Source of the DNA: Actinomycetota bacterium | Lineage (GTDB): Bacteria; Actinomycetota; Acidimicrobiia; IMCC26256; PALSA-610 | NCBI GenBank assembly: GCA_005772765.1 | Contig: SXIR01000170.1 | Span: 1-58,975, forward strand | Reading direction: 5' to 3' | Length of the DNA stretch: 58,975 bases | Shown: in pieces, positions 37,861 to 47,138 of the stretch | Numbering within the stretch: the first letter of the stretch is position 1 | Layout: every line of letters starts with the position of its first letter | Program-made: the position numbers and the translations under genes | Notes under the pieces: generated by a model | The model's input: only the letters and a program-made list of their open reading frames with translations | Database searches by the model: none | What the model was told of the DNA's origin: nothing

Positions 37861-39294
37861 TTGGAACTCACGACTGCTGACTATCTGGCGATTCTGCGTC
37901 GGCGCGCCGCGGTAGTTATCGCGGTCCTGGCGCTCACCGTGATGATCGTGGTCGCCATGGCGGCCAAGTCCGAGTCGACGTTCAGCGCGACGAGCGAAGT
38001 GCTCGTGACGCCAATCATCGACCCGGTGTCGAACACGCCGAACGTCGCCAAGCGCGACACGCTCGTGAACCTCGGAACCGAGCAACGTCTCGCGACGTCG
38101 CTCGTGGTTGCCGAGGCGGTCCGAGCCGAACTCGAGATCGACGATCTCAGCGCTCGGGAGCTCCGAAATCGTGTCTTTGCCGTGCAGGTACCCGAGACGG
38201 AGCTGTTGCGCATCTCCTACCGTGATGACAACCCTGACGTTGCCAAGGAACGCGCTGCGCTGTGGGGACAGACCTTCCTCGACCTGCGTCGCGAACGTGC
38301 CGCCGAGAGCCGGCGCGAGGTCACCGACCTTATCGAGGACGACATCGACGTCGCGGTGGCGCGACTCGCCGAGCTCAACGCCACGATTGCGGACGCTCGC
38401 CTCGGCAGCACCGAGCGGTTCAATGCCGAGGCGCAACGCGAAGCAACCGTGAGCGACCTTCAGATTCTCCAGAACAACTTGGTGAAGGTCAAGACCGCGT
38501 CGCTGGACCCAGGCGCAGTTGTCACGACGCCTCAGAACGCCAACGAACAGAAGTCGTTCGGCACCAAGCAAATGTTCGTGCTCATCATGGTGGGCGGTGT
38601 TGGTGCGCTCGCACTGGCGTTGCTCGTCGAGCGGCTCGACCGTCGAGTGCGCGGCGAAGCCGATCTCGCAGGCACCGGCGTCGAGGTACTCGGAGTGCTT
38701 CCCCGGACGCGAGCCGATGCGGTGGCGGCGAACCGTTTGCGCAACGTGTTGAGTCGCGGCGGCGCCATACCGCGCTCGGTGCTTGTCACCGGCGACGACA
38801 CTCGCGGAACCGCGATCGTCGGGTCACAACTCGGGCGAGCGTTGGCGTCGGCAGGTGTGTCGACGCTCCTTGTGTCAGCGAACCCGGAAGCCAGCGAACT
38901 CGAGCGGTTGTTCGGTCTCACGCCGAGCGCGGGACTCGCCGAAGCGGTGAACGGCTCGGTCGACTCCGACTCCGTCATCGATGCAGTTGACGGCGCAGGT
39001 CCGCTCTCGGTCCTGCCAAGCGGCGATGCCGGTGCCTGGCGCCCCGGATTACTGGCTCGTCCGAGTGCCACTCGTTTGCTCGATCGCGTCGCCGCGGCGT
39101 ACGACACCGTCGTGTACGTCGTGCCGTCGGTGTTGTCGAATACGACTGCCCTCGACCTGGCCGGACGCGCCGAATCGGTGCTCCTCGTCGTCGGCCACAA
39201 GGACGCGAACTCGGACCGCATCGCCGAGGCCGCGGCCGAATTCGAGCGGGTCGGGGTGCATGCCACCGGCGCCGTCCTCGTTACCCGGAAGTAG
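37861..39294 (+). CDS. Wzz/Wzc-like chain-length regulator with degenerate kinase domain
   Basis: TTG start with aggag RBS; 'DYLAILRRR', two TMs, coiled coil; 'LVTGDDTRGTAIV' at the Walker A position. Confidence 0.8.
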   Translation: MELTTADYLAILRRRAAVVIAVLALTVMIVVAMAAKSESTFSATSEVLVTPIIDPVSNTPNVAKRDTLVNLGTEQRLATSLVVAEAVRAELEIDDLSARELRNRVFAVQVPETELLRISYRDDNPDVAKERAALWGQTFLDLRRERAAESRREVTDLIEDDIDVAVARLAELNATIADARLGSTERFNAEAQREATVSDLQILQNNLVKVKTASLDPGAVVTTPQNANEQKSFGTKQMFVLIMVGGVGALALALLVERLDRRVRGEADLAGTGVEVLGVLPRTRADAVAANRLRNVLSRGGAIPRSVLVTGDDTRGTAIVGSQLGRALASAGVSTLLVSANPEASELERLFGLTPSAGLAEAVNGSVDSDSVIDAVDGAGPLSVLPSGDAGAWRPGLLARPSATRLLDRVAAAYDTVVYVVPSVLSNTTALDLAGRAESVLLVVGHKDANSDRIAEAAAEFERVGVHATGAVLVTRK

Positions 39295-39298
39295 CGAC

Positions 39299-39772
39299 AT
39301 GAACGACGCGGCAGCTTCGGTGACTCGCGTGCTCTTCGTGTGCTCGTCGGGAGGGCATCTCGCGCAACTCGTGCGCTTGCAGCCCTGGTACCGCCAACAC
39401 CAATGTCATTGGGTGACCTTCGACAAGCCCGACGCGGTGTCGGTGCTGGAAGGTGAACACGCGATCTGGGCGCACCATCCAACGACCCGCAACGTCAAGA
39501 ACCTCGTGCGGAATTGGTTCCTTGCTCGCCGCGTCTTGCGCACGTTGCAACCCGATGTCGTCATCTCGAGCGGTGCGGGGGTGGCGCTGCCGTTTTTCGT
39601 GCTCGCCCGCCGACGGGGGATTCCGACGGTGTACGTCGAGGTGTACGACCGCATCGACAGTCGAACCCTGACGGGCCGACTCTGCACGCCGTTCACCGAC
39701 CTCTTCTTGCTGCAATGGCCCGAACAACAGGCGCTGTACCCGAAGGGCGTCTTCGTCGGAGCGTTGTACTGA
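39299..39772 (+). CDS. Alg14/PssD/Cps14F-like glycosyltransferase subunit
   Basis: 'VCSSGGHLAQL', 'PDVVISSGAGVALP', 'LTGRL', 'QWPE'. Confidence 0.9.
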   Translation: MNDAAASVTRVLFVCSSGGHLAQLVRLQPWYRQHQCHWVTFDKPDAVSVLEGEHAIWAHHPTTRNVKNLVRNWFLARRVLRTLQPDVVISSGAGVALPFFVLARRRGIPTVYVEVYDRIDSRTLTGRLCTPFTDLFLLQWPEQQALYPKGVFVGALY

Positions 39773-40320
39773 TGGGGAAGGTCGATGTCTTCGTGACGGT
39801 CGGAACCGACCATCACGCGTTTGATCGCGCCGTGCACCGAGCCGATGAGCTTGCCCGTCGCGGCCGCTCGGTCGTCGTGCAGTACGGAACGTCGCGCCCT
39901 CCCGAGGTCGCGGAGGGGTACGACTACGTACCGATCGGTCGTCTCGAAGAACTCATGCGCACCGCGGCGGTCGTCGTGACCCACGGCGGGCCGGCGACGA
40001 TCATGCAGGCTCGCGACCTCGGCGTGCTTCCGGTCGTCGTCGCCCGCGACCCGGAGCACCACGAGCACGTCGATGGCCACCAGATGCGATTCGCCGCGCG
40101 TCTCAGCGGGTTGGGCACCGTGGTCGACGGCCAGGCCGACGAGGCCTTCTACGCGGCAATCGACCGCGCGCTCGCGAACCCCGACGAGTTCCGAGTGGCG
40201 ACGACCTCGGCGCGCACCGACGAGGTCGTTGCCACGATCGGCGATCTCATCGACACCATGGTCGCAACCCGACGTGACGGCGCGAAACCGGCGCGCACCC
40301 GCCGGTGGTGGCGACGATGA
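39772..40320 (+). CDS. Alg13/PssE/Cps14G-like glycosyltransferase subunit
   Basis: 'FVTVGTDHHAFDR', 'VVTHGGPATI', 'EHVDGHQ'. Confidence 0.9.
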   Translation: MGKVDVFVTVGTDHHAFDRAVHRADELARRGRSVVVQYGTSRPPEVAEGYDYVPIGRLEELMRTAAVVVTHGGPATIMQARDLGVLPVVVARDPEHHEHVDGHQMRFAARLSGLGTVVDGQADEAFYAAIDRALANPDEFRVATTSARTDEVVATIGDLIDTMVATRRDGAKPARTRRWWRR

Positions 40321-41264
40321 CAACCGTCGTCTTCGTTGCCGGTGTGGGGCGCAGCGGCAGCACACTCCTCGAGTCGATCCTCGGGTCGCTACCCCGCTGG
40401 ATCGGGGTCGGCGAGACGATGCATCTGCCTGAACGTGGATTGCGTGAAAACCAGCGCTGTGGTTGCGGAGAGTCGTTCTTCGATTGCGCGTTCTGGTCGC
40501 AGGTGGGAACGCACGCGTTCGGTGGGTGGGATCGCGTCGATGTCGACGACTGGCTCGGCCTCGCCGGCCGAGTGGACCGGAACCGAAACCTTCCGCTCCT
40601 CCTCAGGCCGAACCTCTCCCGAGATTTTGCGGCCGACCACGCCCGCCTCGTCGAACGATTGGGTTCGCTGATGCTCGCGGCCGCGTCAGTGGGCGATGCC
40701 GAGGTGGTCGTGGAGTCGAGCAAGCATCCGTCGTATGGGTTGCTGCTCGCGGCCGACCCTCGCCTCGACGTTCGATTCGTGCACGTCGTACGAGACAGCC
40801 GCGGCGTCGCGTACTCCTGGACGAAGAAGGTGCCGCGGCCCGAGATCGCCGATCGGGTCGAGTTCATGCCGACGTACCCACCTGCACAAATCGCGCTGCG
40901 ATGGTTGGCGTGGAACGGAGCGTTGAGCCTGGTCGGAGCCCGACGTGCGCTGCCGTCGCTGCGTGTTCGCTACGAAGATTTCGTCACCGATCCGACGCGA
41001 GTCGTGCAACAGGTTGCGTCGTTCGCGGGAACCGCCGCCGACGATGCGACGGTTGATGACATCCTCGAGCGCGGCGCGGCCGACGGGCAGCACTCCGTGG
41101 CGGGGAATCCCATGCGGTTCGGCACCGGGCCGATCCGGCTACGTCGCGACGAGCAGTGGCGGTCAGAGCTACGACCGCGCGATCGCGCCCTCGTCACCGG
41201 CGTCACCGCGCCGATGTTGTGCCGGTACGGCTACCGCCTGCGCCCGTCGAAGGAGAGCGTATGA
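40317..41264 (+). CDS. Sulfotransferase (Sulfotransfer_3-like)
   Basis: 5'PSB 'GVGRSGSTLL', 3'PB 'HVVRDSRGVAYSW', 'RYEDFVTDP'. Confidence 0.88.
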   Translation: MTTVVFVAGVGRSGSTLLESILGSLPRWIGVGETMHLPERGLRENQRCGCGESFFDCAFWSQVGTHAFGGWDRVDVDDWLGLAGRVDRNRNLPLLLRPNLSRDFAADHARLVERLGSLMLAAASVGDAEVVVESSKHPSYGLLLAADPRLDVRFVHVVRDSRGVAYSWTKKVPRPEIADRVEFMPTYPPAQIALRWLAWNGALSLVGARRALPSLRVRYEDFVTDPTRVVQQVASFAGTAADDATVDDILERGAADGQHSVAGNPMRFGTGPIRLRRDEQWRSELRPRDRALVTGVTAPMLCRYGYRLRPSKESV

Positions 41265-42169
41265 GCGCGCCCGGCGTCACAACCATCATCTGTACGCACA
41301 ATCGCCCCGAGTTGGTGCGGGTGGCCATTGACGCTGCGATCGCGCAGCGATACGACGGAGATGTCGAGGTCGTCGTTGTCTTCGACCGCACCGATCCCGA
41401 CTTGTCGCTCGAGCGCGAATCGCCAGGGCGCCGGGTCCGTGTCGTGGCCAACGATCACGTCGGTGGTCTGGCTGGCGCTCGCAACGCGGGAGCGGCCCAC
41501 GCAACGGGTGAGTTCATCGCGTTCTGCGACGACGACGATGCGTGGTTGCCCGGCAAGCTGGCCGCGCAGGTGCCATTGTTCGACGATCCGGCGGTCGGAG
41601 TCGTGACCAGCGGGATTCTGGTTGCGTTCGGCGACAAGATCATTCCGCGCGTCCCCGAAGTCAGCCGCATCACGACCGACGCCCTGCTCGCCGACCGAGT
41701 ATTTGCGGCGCACCCATCGACCGTCGTCGTGCGCCGGTCGATCTGGAACGACCTCGGCGGCATCGACGAAGCGATTCCCGGGAGCTACGGCGAGGACTAC
41801 GACTGGATCTTGCGCGCAAGCCGAGCCACCGAGGTGGCCGTGGCTCCGACACCGCTTGTCAAGGTCCTCTGGGGCGCGACCTCGATGTTCAACGACCGTT
41901 GGCAGATGCAGGTCGATGCCTTCGGATATCTCCTGGCGAAACATCCCGAGTTCGATGCCGTACCGCACGGCAAAGCTCGGGTACTCGGGCAGTTGGCCTT
42001 TGCGCAGGCCGGTGCTGGTCACAAACGCGACGCGCGCCGGACTGCCTGGCAAGCGTTTCGATTGAACCCTCGCGAACGACGGTCGTACCTTGCGATGCTG
42101 ACTGGCCTCGGTGTCGTCAGTTCGGTTCGCATCCTCCGGACGCTCAATCGCTTCGGCCGAGGTTTCTGA
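41261..42169 (+). CDS. GT2 glycosyltransferase
   Basis: 'ICTHNRP', 'GARNAG', 'AFCDDDD', 'GEDYDW'. Confidence 0.92.
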   Translation: MSAPGVTTIICTHNRPELVRVAIDAAIAQRYDGDVEVVVVFDRTDPDLSLERESPGRRVRVVANDHVGGLAGARNAGAAHATGEFIAFCDDDDAWLPGKLAAQVPLFDDPAVGVVTSGILVAFGDKIIPRVPEVSRITTDALLADRVFAAHPSTVVVRRSIWNDLGGIDEAIPGSYGEDYDWILRASRATEVAVAPTPLVKVLWGATSMFNDRWQMQVDAFGYLLAKHPEFDAVPHGKARVLGQLAFAQAGAGHKRDARRTAWQAFRLNPRERRSYLAMLTGLGVVSSVRILRTLNRFGRGF

Positions 42170-42173
42170 CCGG

Positions 42174-43496
42174 ATGAGCAGCGTCGCCCTCCCGATGCAC
42201 GAACGCCAGTCGCGTGCCTCGAGCGCGACCGGAGCGCGGCGCGATCGGCGAGCGCCATGGATGCGGCCCTATTGGCCGATCGACTTCCTGCTGGTCGGGT
42301 TCCCGATCTGGTTCATCACTGGTCTGAGCGGCATCATTTTCGTGCTGCTCGCCATCCCGCTCGCGATCCGGCTCGTGCTGGCGCGCCGCGTTCGTGTGCC
42401 GAACGGAACCGGCTGGTACGTGGCCTTCCTGGCGTGGGTGTTGCTGTCCGGCGTGAACCTTCCGAAGGTCACCAACCTCGTGTTCTTCGGTTGGCGGTTC
42501 GCGACCTACGCCGCAGTGCTCGTGTACCTCCTCGCGATCTACAACGCCAGCGAGGAGGAACTGTCGACCGAGCGAGTCACGCGCGGCTTGTCGATCCTGT
42601 GGGTTGCGACGATCGCGGGTGGATTCCTCGCAATCTCGTTTCCGTACTTCAACTTCTCGTCGCCGATGGAGTTCGTGCTGCCGAACATCTTCACGTCGAA
42701 CGACTTCATCTTTCTGTTCGTGCATCCCCAACTCGCGGACGTGCAGGAGATCCTGGGCAATGTGCCGCGCCCGGCGGCGCCGTTCGTCTACACGAACAAC
42801 TGGGGGAGCAGCATCACGTTGCTGCTGCCGTTCGTGCTGCTGCGCGCGAACCTGATCGGCACAGCCGCTATTCGCCGGACCGTGGTGATCCTCGGCCTGC
42901 TCGCGCTCGTTCCGTTCATCTATTCGTTGAACCGATCAGCGTGGTTGACGGTCGGGCTGATGGCGGTGGTGGCGATCATCACGGCAAGCCCCCGGGCACG
43001 CGCCCGGGCAATCGTCGGGGTCGTCGCCACAGGTCTCGCGGTCGGCGCGCTGATCCTGTACACCCCGCTCGGTGGAGTGGTGACCACTCGCCTCGAAACC
43101 GGTCACTCGAACGAGACGCGCGAGGACCTCGCCGCGCAATCGGTCGAGGTCACCAACGAGTCGCCGCTGATCGGTTACGGCCGGCCCCTGCCCAACCTGC
43201 GATTCCCGCTGCGTTCCGAGATCGGAACCCAGGGATTCTTGTGGACCTTGATGGTGGGTCAGGGCTGGGTCGGCCTCGGGTTGTTCGCGTTGTGGTTCCT
43301 CGGCGCCGCGGCCCGAGCGTGGTGGGGTCGGCGACGACCCGAAGCGCGCTTTGCGTTGATGATCATCGCGGGGTTCGCGTTGCAGTTGCCGTTCTACGAC
43401 ATGATCCCGTACCAGCTCACGTTCCTCGGCATAGCGATCGCACTCGAACGGCGATCGGCGTGGGCGCGGTCGGTGCCGGCTCGGACGCCGGCGTGA
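42174..43496 (+). CDS. O-antigen ligase/Wzy polymerase family protein
   Basis: Multi-TM; 'RPAAPFVYTNNWG', 'SLNRSAW', 'PLIGYG', 'GWVGL'. Confidence 0.75.
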   Translation: MSSVALPMHERQSRASSATGARRDRRAPWMRPYWPIDFLLVGFPIWFITGLSGIIFVLLAIPLAIRLVLARRVRVPNGTGWYVAFLAWVLLSGVNLPKVTNLVFFGWRFATYAAVLVYLLAIYNASEEELSTERVTRGLSILWVATIAGGFLAISFPYFNFSSPMEFVLPNIFTSNDFIFLFVHPQLADVQEILGNVPRPAAPFVYTNNWGSSITLLLPFVLLRANLIGTAAIRRTVVILGLLALVPFIYSLNRSAWLTVGLMAVVAIITASPRARARAIVGVVATGLAVGALILYTPLGGVVTTRLETGHSNETREDLAAQSVEVTNESPLIGYGRPLPNLRFPLRSEIGTQGFLWTLMVGQGWVGLGLFALWFLGAAARAWWGRRRPEARFALMIIAGFALQLPFYDMIPYQLTFLGIAIALERRSAWARSVPARTPA

Positions 43497-44662
43497 ATCA
43501 ACCGAACGATGCCGTCGATCTGATCCGGACGACGTTCCTCGACCCGTGCGGCGTCGGGTCGGCGCGTCGATACTTCGCGTTGCGCGGCCGACTGGGCGTC
43601 GATGCGTTTCTCCCCGTCGATGCTCGACGCGCCGCAGCCAACTCGTTGCAGCGACGCACCGACGAGACCCGTTGGATCGGACTGTTCGGTCGGCGGTGTC
43701 TCGCAGCAGGTGTGCGGTGCGGAATCGTGCCGCGCGCGTCTCGGACTCGGTTCGAACTCCCGGCTCCCGACGCCGACAACTTGGCCGGTGCCGTTGCGGC
43801 CGCGCTCGGTCGCGATGACATCGTCATCGCCGGAGTGTTGGGCCCGGTGCGTCCGAATCTCAAACCGGTGCTGCAAGTCTTTGACGAGTCGGGTGCCACG
43901 CTCGCGTTCGTCAAGATCGGGTGGAACGACCTCACGCGTCGGCTCGTCACACACGAACACGACGTTCTTGTGTCGTTGCGGCCCGACTCGACGATGTCGG
44001 TGCCGCAAGCCATTGCTCGCTGTGAAGTCGGGGCGGCGGTCGGGCTGGTGCTGTCGCCGCTCCCGTTATGGCATTTCGGTCGACGGCCGCACGATGCTCC
44101 GGCGGGGTCGGTGATCGCCGCCATCGCGACATTGCGCGGTCCCATGGTCGAGCGAGGACTCAGTGACTCGACCTTCGTGCAGTCGTTGGCCACCGTCGCC
44201 GACGAATCGACGACCGGCGCGGCGACGCTGCGGCGGGCCCTCGATCGCGTCCTGGCCGATATCGGATCGACGACCCTTCGGTTCGGAGCGAGCCATGGCG
44301 ACTTCTCGCCATGGAACACGCTGCGGACCGGCGGCCATATCGCCATTTGGGACTGGGAGCGGTTCCGAGCCGACGTTCCAGTCGGTCTCGATCTCATCCA
44401 CTACATCACCCAGCAGCAGGCGCGCCGACCGCTGGAGTCACTCCCAGCCGTGGCGACGGGTGATTTTGGTGCCGCGCAATCCGCCTTGGCAGAACTTGGC
44501 GTCGCACGCAACATGGTCGATGCCTTTGTCACGCTCTACTACGCGGATCTGTTGACGCGCTATGAACGCGACGCCCAGGGCGGCGACGCGCCAGGGCTGC
44601 GTGCGATGCGCGACGTTGCCGAGCGTGCGTTGCGCGCCCGTCTCGATCGGACCTCGACATGA
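43493..44662 (+). CDS. APH/choline-kinase-fold phosphotransferase
   Basis: GTGA-coupled start; 'AFVKIG', Brenner motif 'HGDFSPWN', 'WDWE'. Confidence 0.75.
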   Translation: MNQPNDAVDLIRTTFLDPCGVGSARRYFALRGRLGVDAFLPVDARRAAANSLQRRTDETRWIGLFGRRCLAAGVRCGIVPRASRTRFELPAPDADNLAGAVAAALGRDDIVIAGVLGPVRPNLKPVLQVFDESGATLAFVKIGWNDLTRRLVTHEHDVLVSLRPDSTMSVPQAIARCEVGAAVGLVLSPLPLWHFGRRPHDAPAGSVIAAIATLRGPMVERGLSDSTFVQSLATVADESTTGAATLRRALDRVLADIGSTTLRFGASHGDFSPWNTLRTGGHIAIWDWERFRADVPVGLDLIHYITQQQARRPLESLPAVATGDFGAAQSALAELGVARNMVDAFVTLYYADLLTRYERDAQGGDAPGLRAMRDVAERALRARLDRTST

Positions 44663-45531
44663 GTGGGACCGGGCGTTCGCTCAAGTCGCGAGTGTGGCGC
44701 GCCGCGCAACCCATTGCGATCGCGGCCGGTCAGTGGAACGCCCAGCAGCGCGTCTTGCCCGATTTCTTGATCATCGGGGCGCAACGTTGTGGCACGACAT
44801 CGTTACACGAGTGGTTGGCCCGCCATGATGCCGTGCGATTTCCCCGTTTGGGCAAGGGCGTTCACTACTTCGACACGGCGTCGCATCGCGGCGAGCGTTG
44901 GTATCGAGCGCACTTTCCGACCCGACGATCGATCGATCAGCTGCGGCGTGAGCACGGCGCCGCCGCAGTTGGTGAGGCGAGCCCGTACTACCTGTTCCAT
45001 CCGGCGGTCCCTGAGCGCGTCGCCGCGCTCGACGCCGAGATTCGCTTCATCGTCGTTCTGCGCGACCCGGTGAGCCGAGCGTGGTCGCACTATCTCCACG
45101 AAGTGCGGCGAGGACACGAGCACCGCACGTTCGAAGCTGCGATCAAGGCCGAGGCCGACGCGGTGGACCAGGTCCCGGCGTCGGATCTTGGCCGGCGTGG
45201 GTTCGTTTCGTACGAACACCAACATCATTCCTACGTCGCTCGTGGCCGTTACGCGGAACAGTTGGCGCGTTGGTTCGACGTCGTTGGGCGCGAACGCGGA
45301 CTCGTGCTCGTGAACCACGAGCTCTTCGCTTCCGACGGCTCGGGCGGGAAAGCTGTCCTCGAATTCCTCGGATTGCCTGCTGCCGACCTCGGTGCGTTCC
45401 CGCGTGAGAACGCGACGACCGGCGGGTCGATGTCGGACGAAGCGCGGGCGTTGCTGACGGAGCGGTTTGCCGACGAGGCGATGCGAACGAGCGAGATCCT
45501 CGGTCGTGAGATCGCGTGGTCATCGCGATGA
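44659..45531 (+). CDS. Sulfotransferase (Sulfotransfer_1, heparan-sulfotransferase-like)
   Basis: 'PDFLIIGAQRCGTTSL', 'HYFD', 'GEASPYY', 'LRDPVSRAWSHY'. Confidence 0.9.
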   Translation: MSGTGRSLKSRVWRAAQPIAIAAGQWNAQQRVLPDFLIIGAQRCGTTSLHEWLARHDAVRFPRLGKGVHYFDTASHRGERWYRAHFPTRRSIDQLRREHGAAAVGEASPYYLFHPAVPERVAALDAEIRFIVVLRDPVSRAWSHYLHEVRRGHEHRTFEAAIKAEADAVDQVPASDLGRRGFVSYEHQHHSYVARGRYAEQLARWFDVVGRERGLVLVNHELFASDGSGGKAVLEFLGLPAADLGAFPRENATTGGSMSDEARALLTERFADEAMRTSEILGREIAWSSR

Positions 45532-47114
45532 GCACCAACGCGACCCGCAAGCTTGCGCGCGGCGGCGCGCTCAACTTCATTGGCCTGGTGTACTACGGCC
45601 TCGCCAACCTCGTGCTGGTCGTCGTCATTTCTCGCGAACTTGGGCCGAGTAGCGCCGGCGTGCTGCTCACCACGATCGCGGTCTTCAACATCGTGCAGCG
45701 AGCGCTCCTGTTGGGTGCCGACCTTGGGTTGGTCCGCACGATCTCGCGGTGGCTTGCCGTCGGACGACGTCGCGACGTCGAACATCTCTGGACCCCGGTG
45801 GGAGTTCCGCTGGTCTTCCTCAGTCTCGTGGCAGGTGCCGCGATCTGGACCTGGGCGGAGCCTCTCGCTCGCCTCGTCGGCGACCGCGATATCGCGCTCA
45901 CCGCCCAGCTGCGTGCCGTCGCACCGATCCTGCCATGCGCCGTCATCTATCAAGCGCTCGAAGCCGCGTCCCGCGGCTACGGCACGTTTTTTCCTTCCTT
46001 CGTCGTCGAGAAAGTCGGCAAGGTCACGCTGCAACTCGGCGCGGTTGGGTTCCTTGCGTCACAGAACGCACGACCGCGTTATCTCGCCCTCGGGTGGGCG
46101 CTTCCGTTCGTACTCGGCGCGGTGGTGTTGTTCGTCTGGGTGCAAGTGCTGCAGCGGAACAGTCGAGGCGAACACCGGGTTCACGGCGACGATGACCTCG
46201 TCCCGGAGGCGACGATGGGGCGCGTGGCCGGTGAGTTCTGGCGTTTCTCGGCCCCGCGTGCGCCGGCCGGTGTGTTCCAGTCGGCGCAACTCTGGAGCGA
46301 TTCGGTGCTGGTCGGTGCGCTGGCAGCGGGCGCGACTGCCTCGGGCTCGACGACCGCGGCGGGGATCTATTCGGCCGGGACCCGCTTCCTCATCATTGCG
46401 AGCTTCGTGCAACTTGCCATCGGGCAGGCGCTCCAACCGTTGATCAGTGCGGCCCTGGCGCGTCGCGACGACGGCACGGCGCAGAGCGTGTTCCAAGCGT
46501 CGACTGGGTGGACCGTGCTCTTCACGTGGCCAGTACTGATCGGCATCATGGGTTTCGCGCCGGCGTTGCTCGGGATCTACGGCGACGAGTATCGCGCCGC
46601 GTCGAGCGCGCTTGTGGTGCTCGGTGCCGCGTGGCTCGTCGCGACCGGCTGCGGCGCGGTCGACAGCGTTCTGTTGATGTCAGGTCGCAGCGCGATGACG
46701 ACGATCAACTCGGGGGTGGCGGTCGCGCTGAACATTTCGTTGTCGTTCTTGTTGATTCCTGATCACGGAATGCTCGGCGCCGCGATCGCATGGGGTGTCA
46801 GCCTCGTGTGGAACAACGTGATGCCGCTCCTGCAGGTCCGGCACTATCTCCACATGGCGCCGTGGGGGCCGTCCATGCGACGCGTCATCGTCCCGCTGGC
46901 TGCCTACTCGGCGGTGATCGTCGGCGCTCGTGCCGCGTTCGGCGCCACGTTGATCGTCGCGGCCGGCGCCGCGGTTGTAGGTTTGATCGTGTTCGTCGCG
47001 CTGGTGCGACCGCGACGCGATGCGTTGCAGTTGGCCGAACTGGCGGCAGGGTTACGACGTCGCCGCACTCCCGGTGCGAACGCCGTAACCCAATCGGATG
47101 CCGCGCGCGATTGA
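45528..47114 (+). CDS. Wzx/MOP-family flippase
   Basis: 12-14 TM segments, 'AGIYSAG', 'LIPDHGMLGAAIAW'. Confidence 0.85.
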   Translation: MSTNATRKLARGGALNFIGLVYYGLANLVLVVVISRELGPSSAGVLLTTIAVFNIVQRALLLGADLGLVRTISRWLAVGRRRDVEHLWTPVGVPLVFLSLVAGAAIWTWAEPLARLVGDRDIALTAQLRAVAPILPCAVIYQALEAASRGYGTFFPSFVVEKVGKVTLQLGAVGFLASQNARPRYLALGWALPFVLGAVVLFVWVQVLQRNSRGEHRVHGDDDLVPEATMGRVAGEFWRFSAPRAPAGVFQSAQLWSDSVLVGALAAGATASGSTTAAGIYSAGTRFLIIASFVQLAIGQALQPLISAALARRDDGTAQSVFQASTGWTVLFTWPVLIGIMGFAPALLGIYGDEYRAASSALVVLGAAWLVATGCGAVDSVLLMSGRSAMTTINSGVAVALNISLSFLLIPDHGMLGAAIAWGVSLVWNNVMPLLQVRHYLHMAPWGPSMRRVIVPLAAYSAVIVGARAAFGATLIVAAGAAVVGLIVFVALVRPRRDALQLAELAAGLRRRRTPGANAVTQSDAARD

Positions 47115-47138
47115 ACCTGGCTCGGTGCGCCGCCGAGC

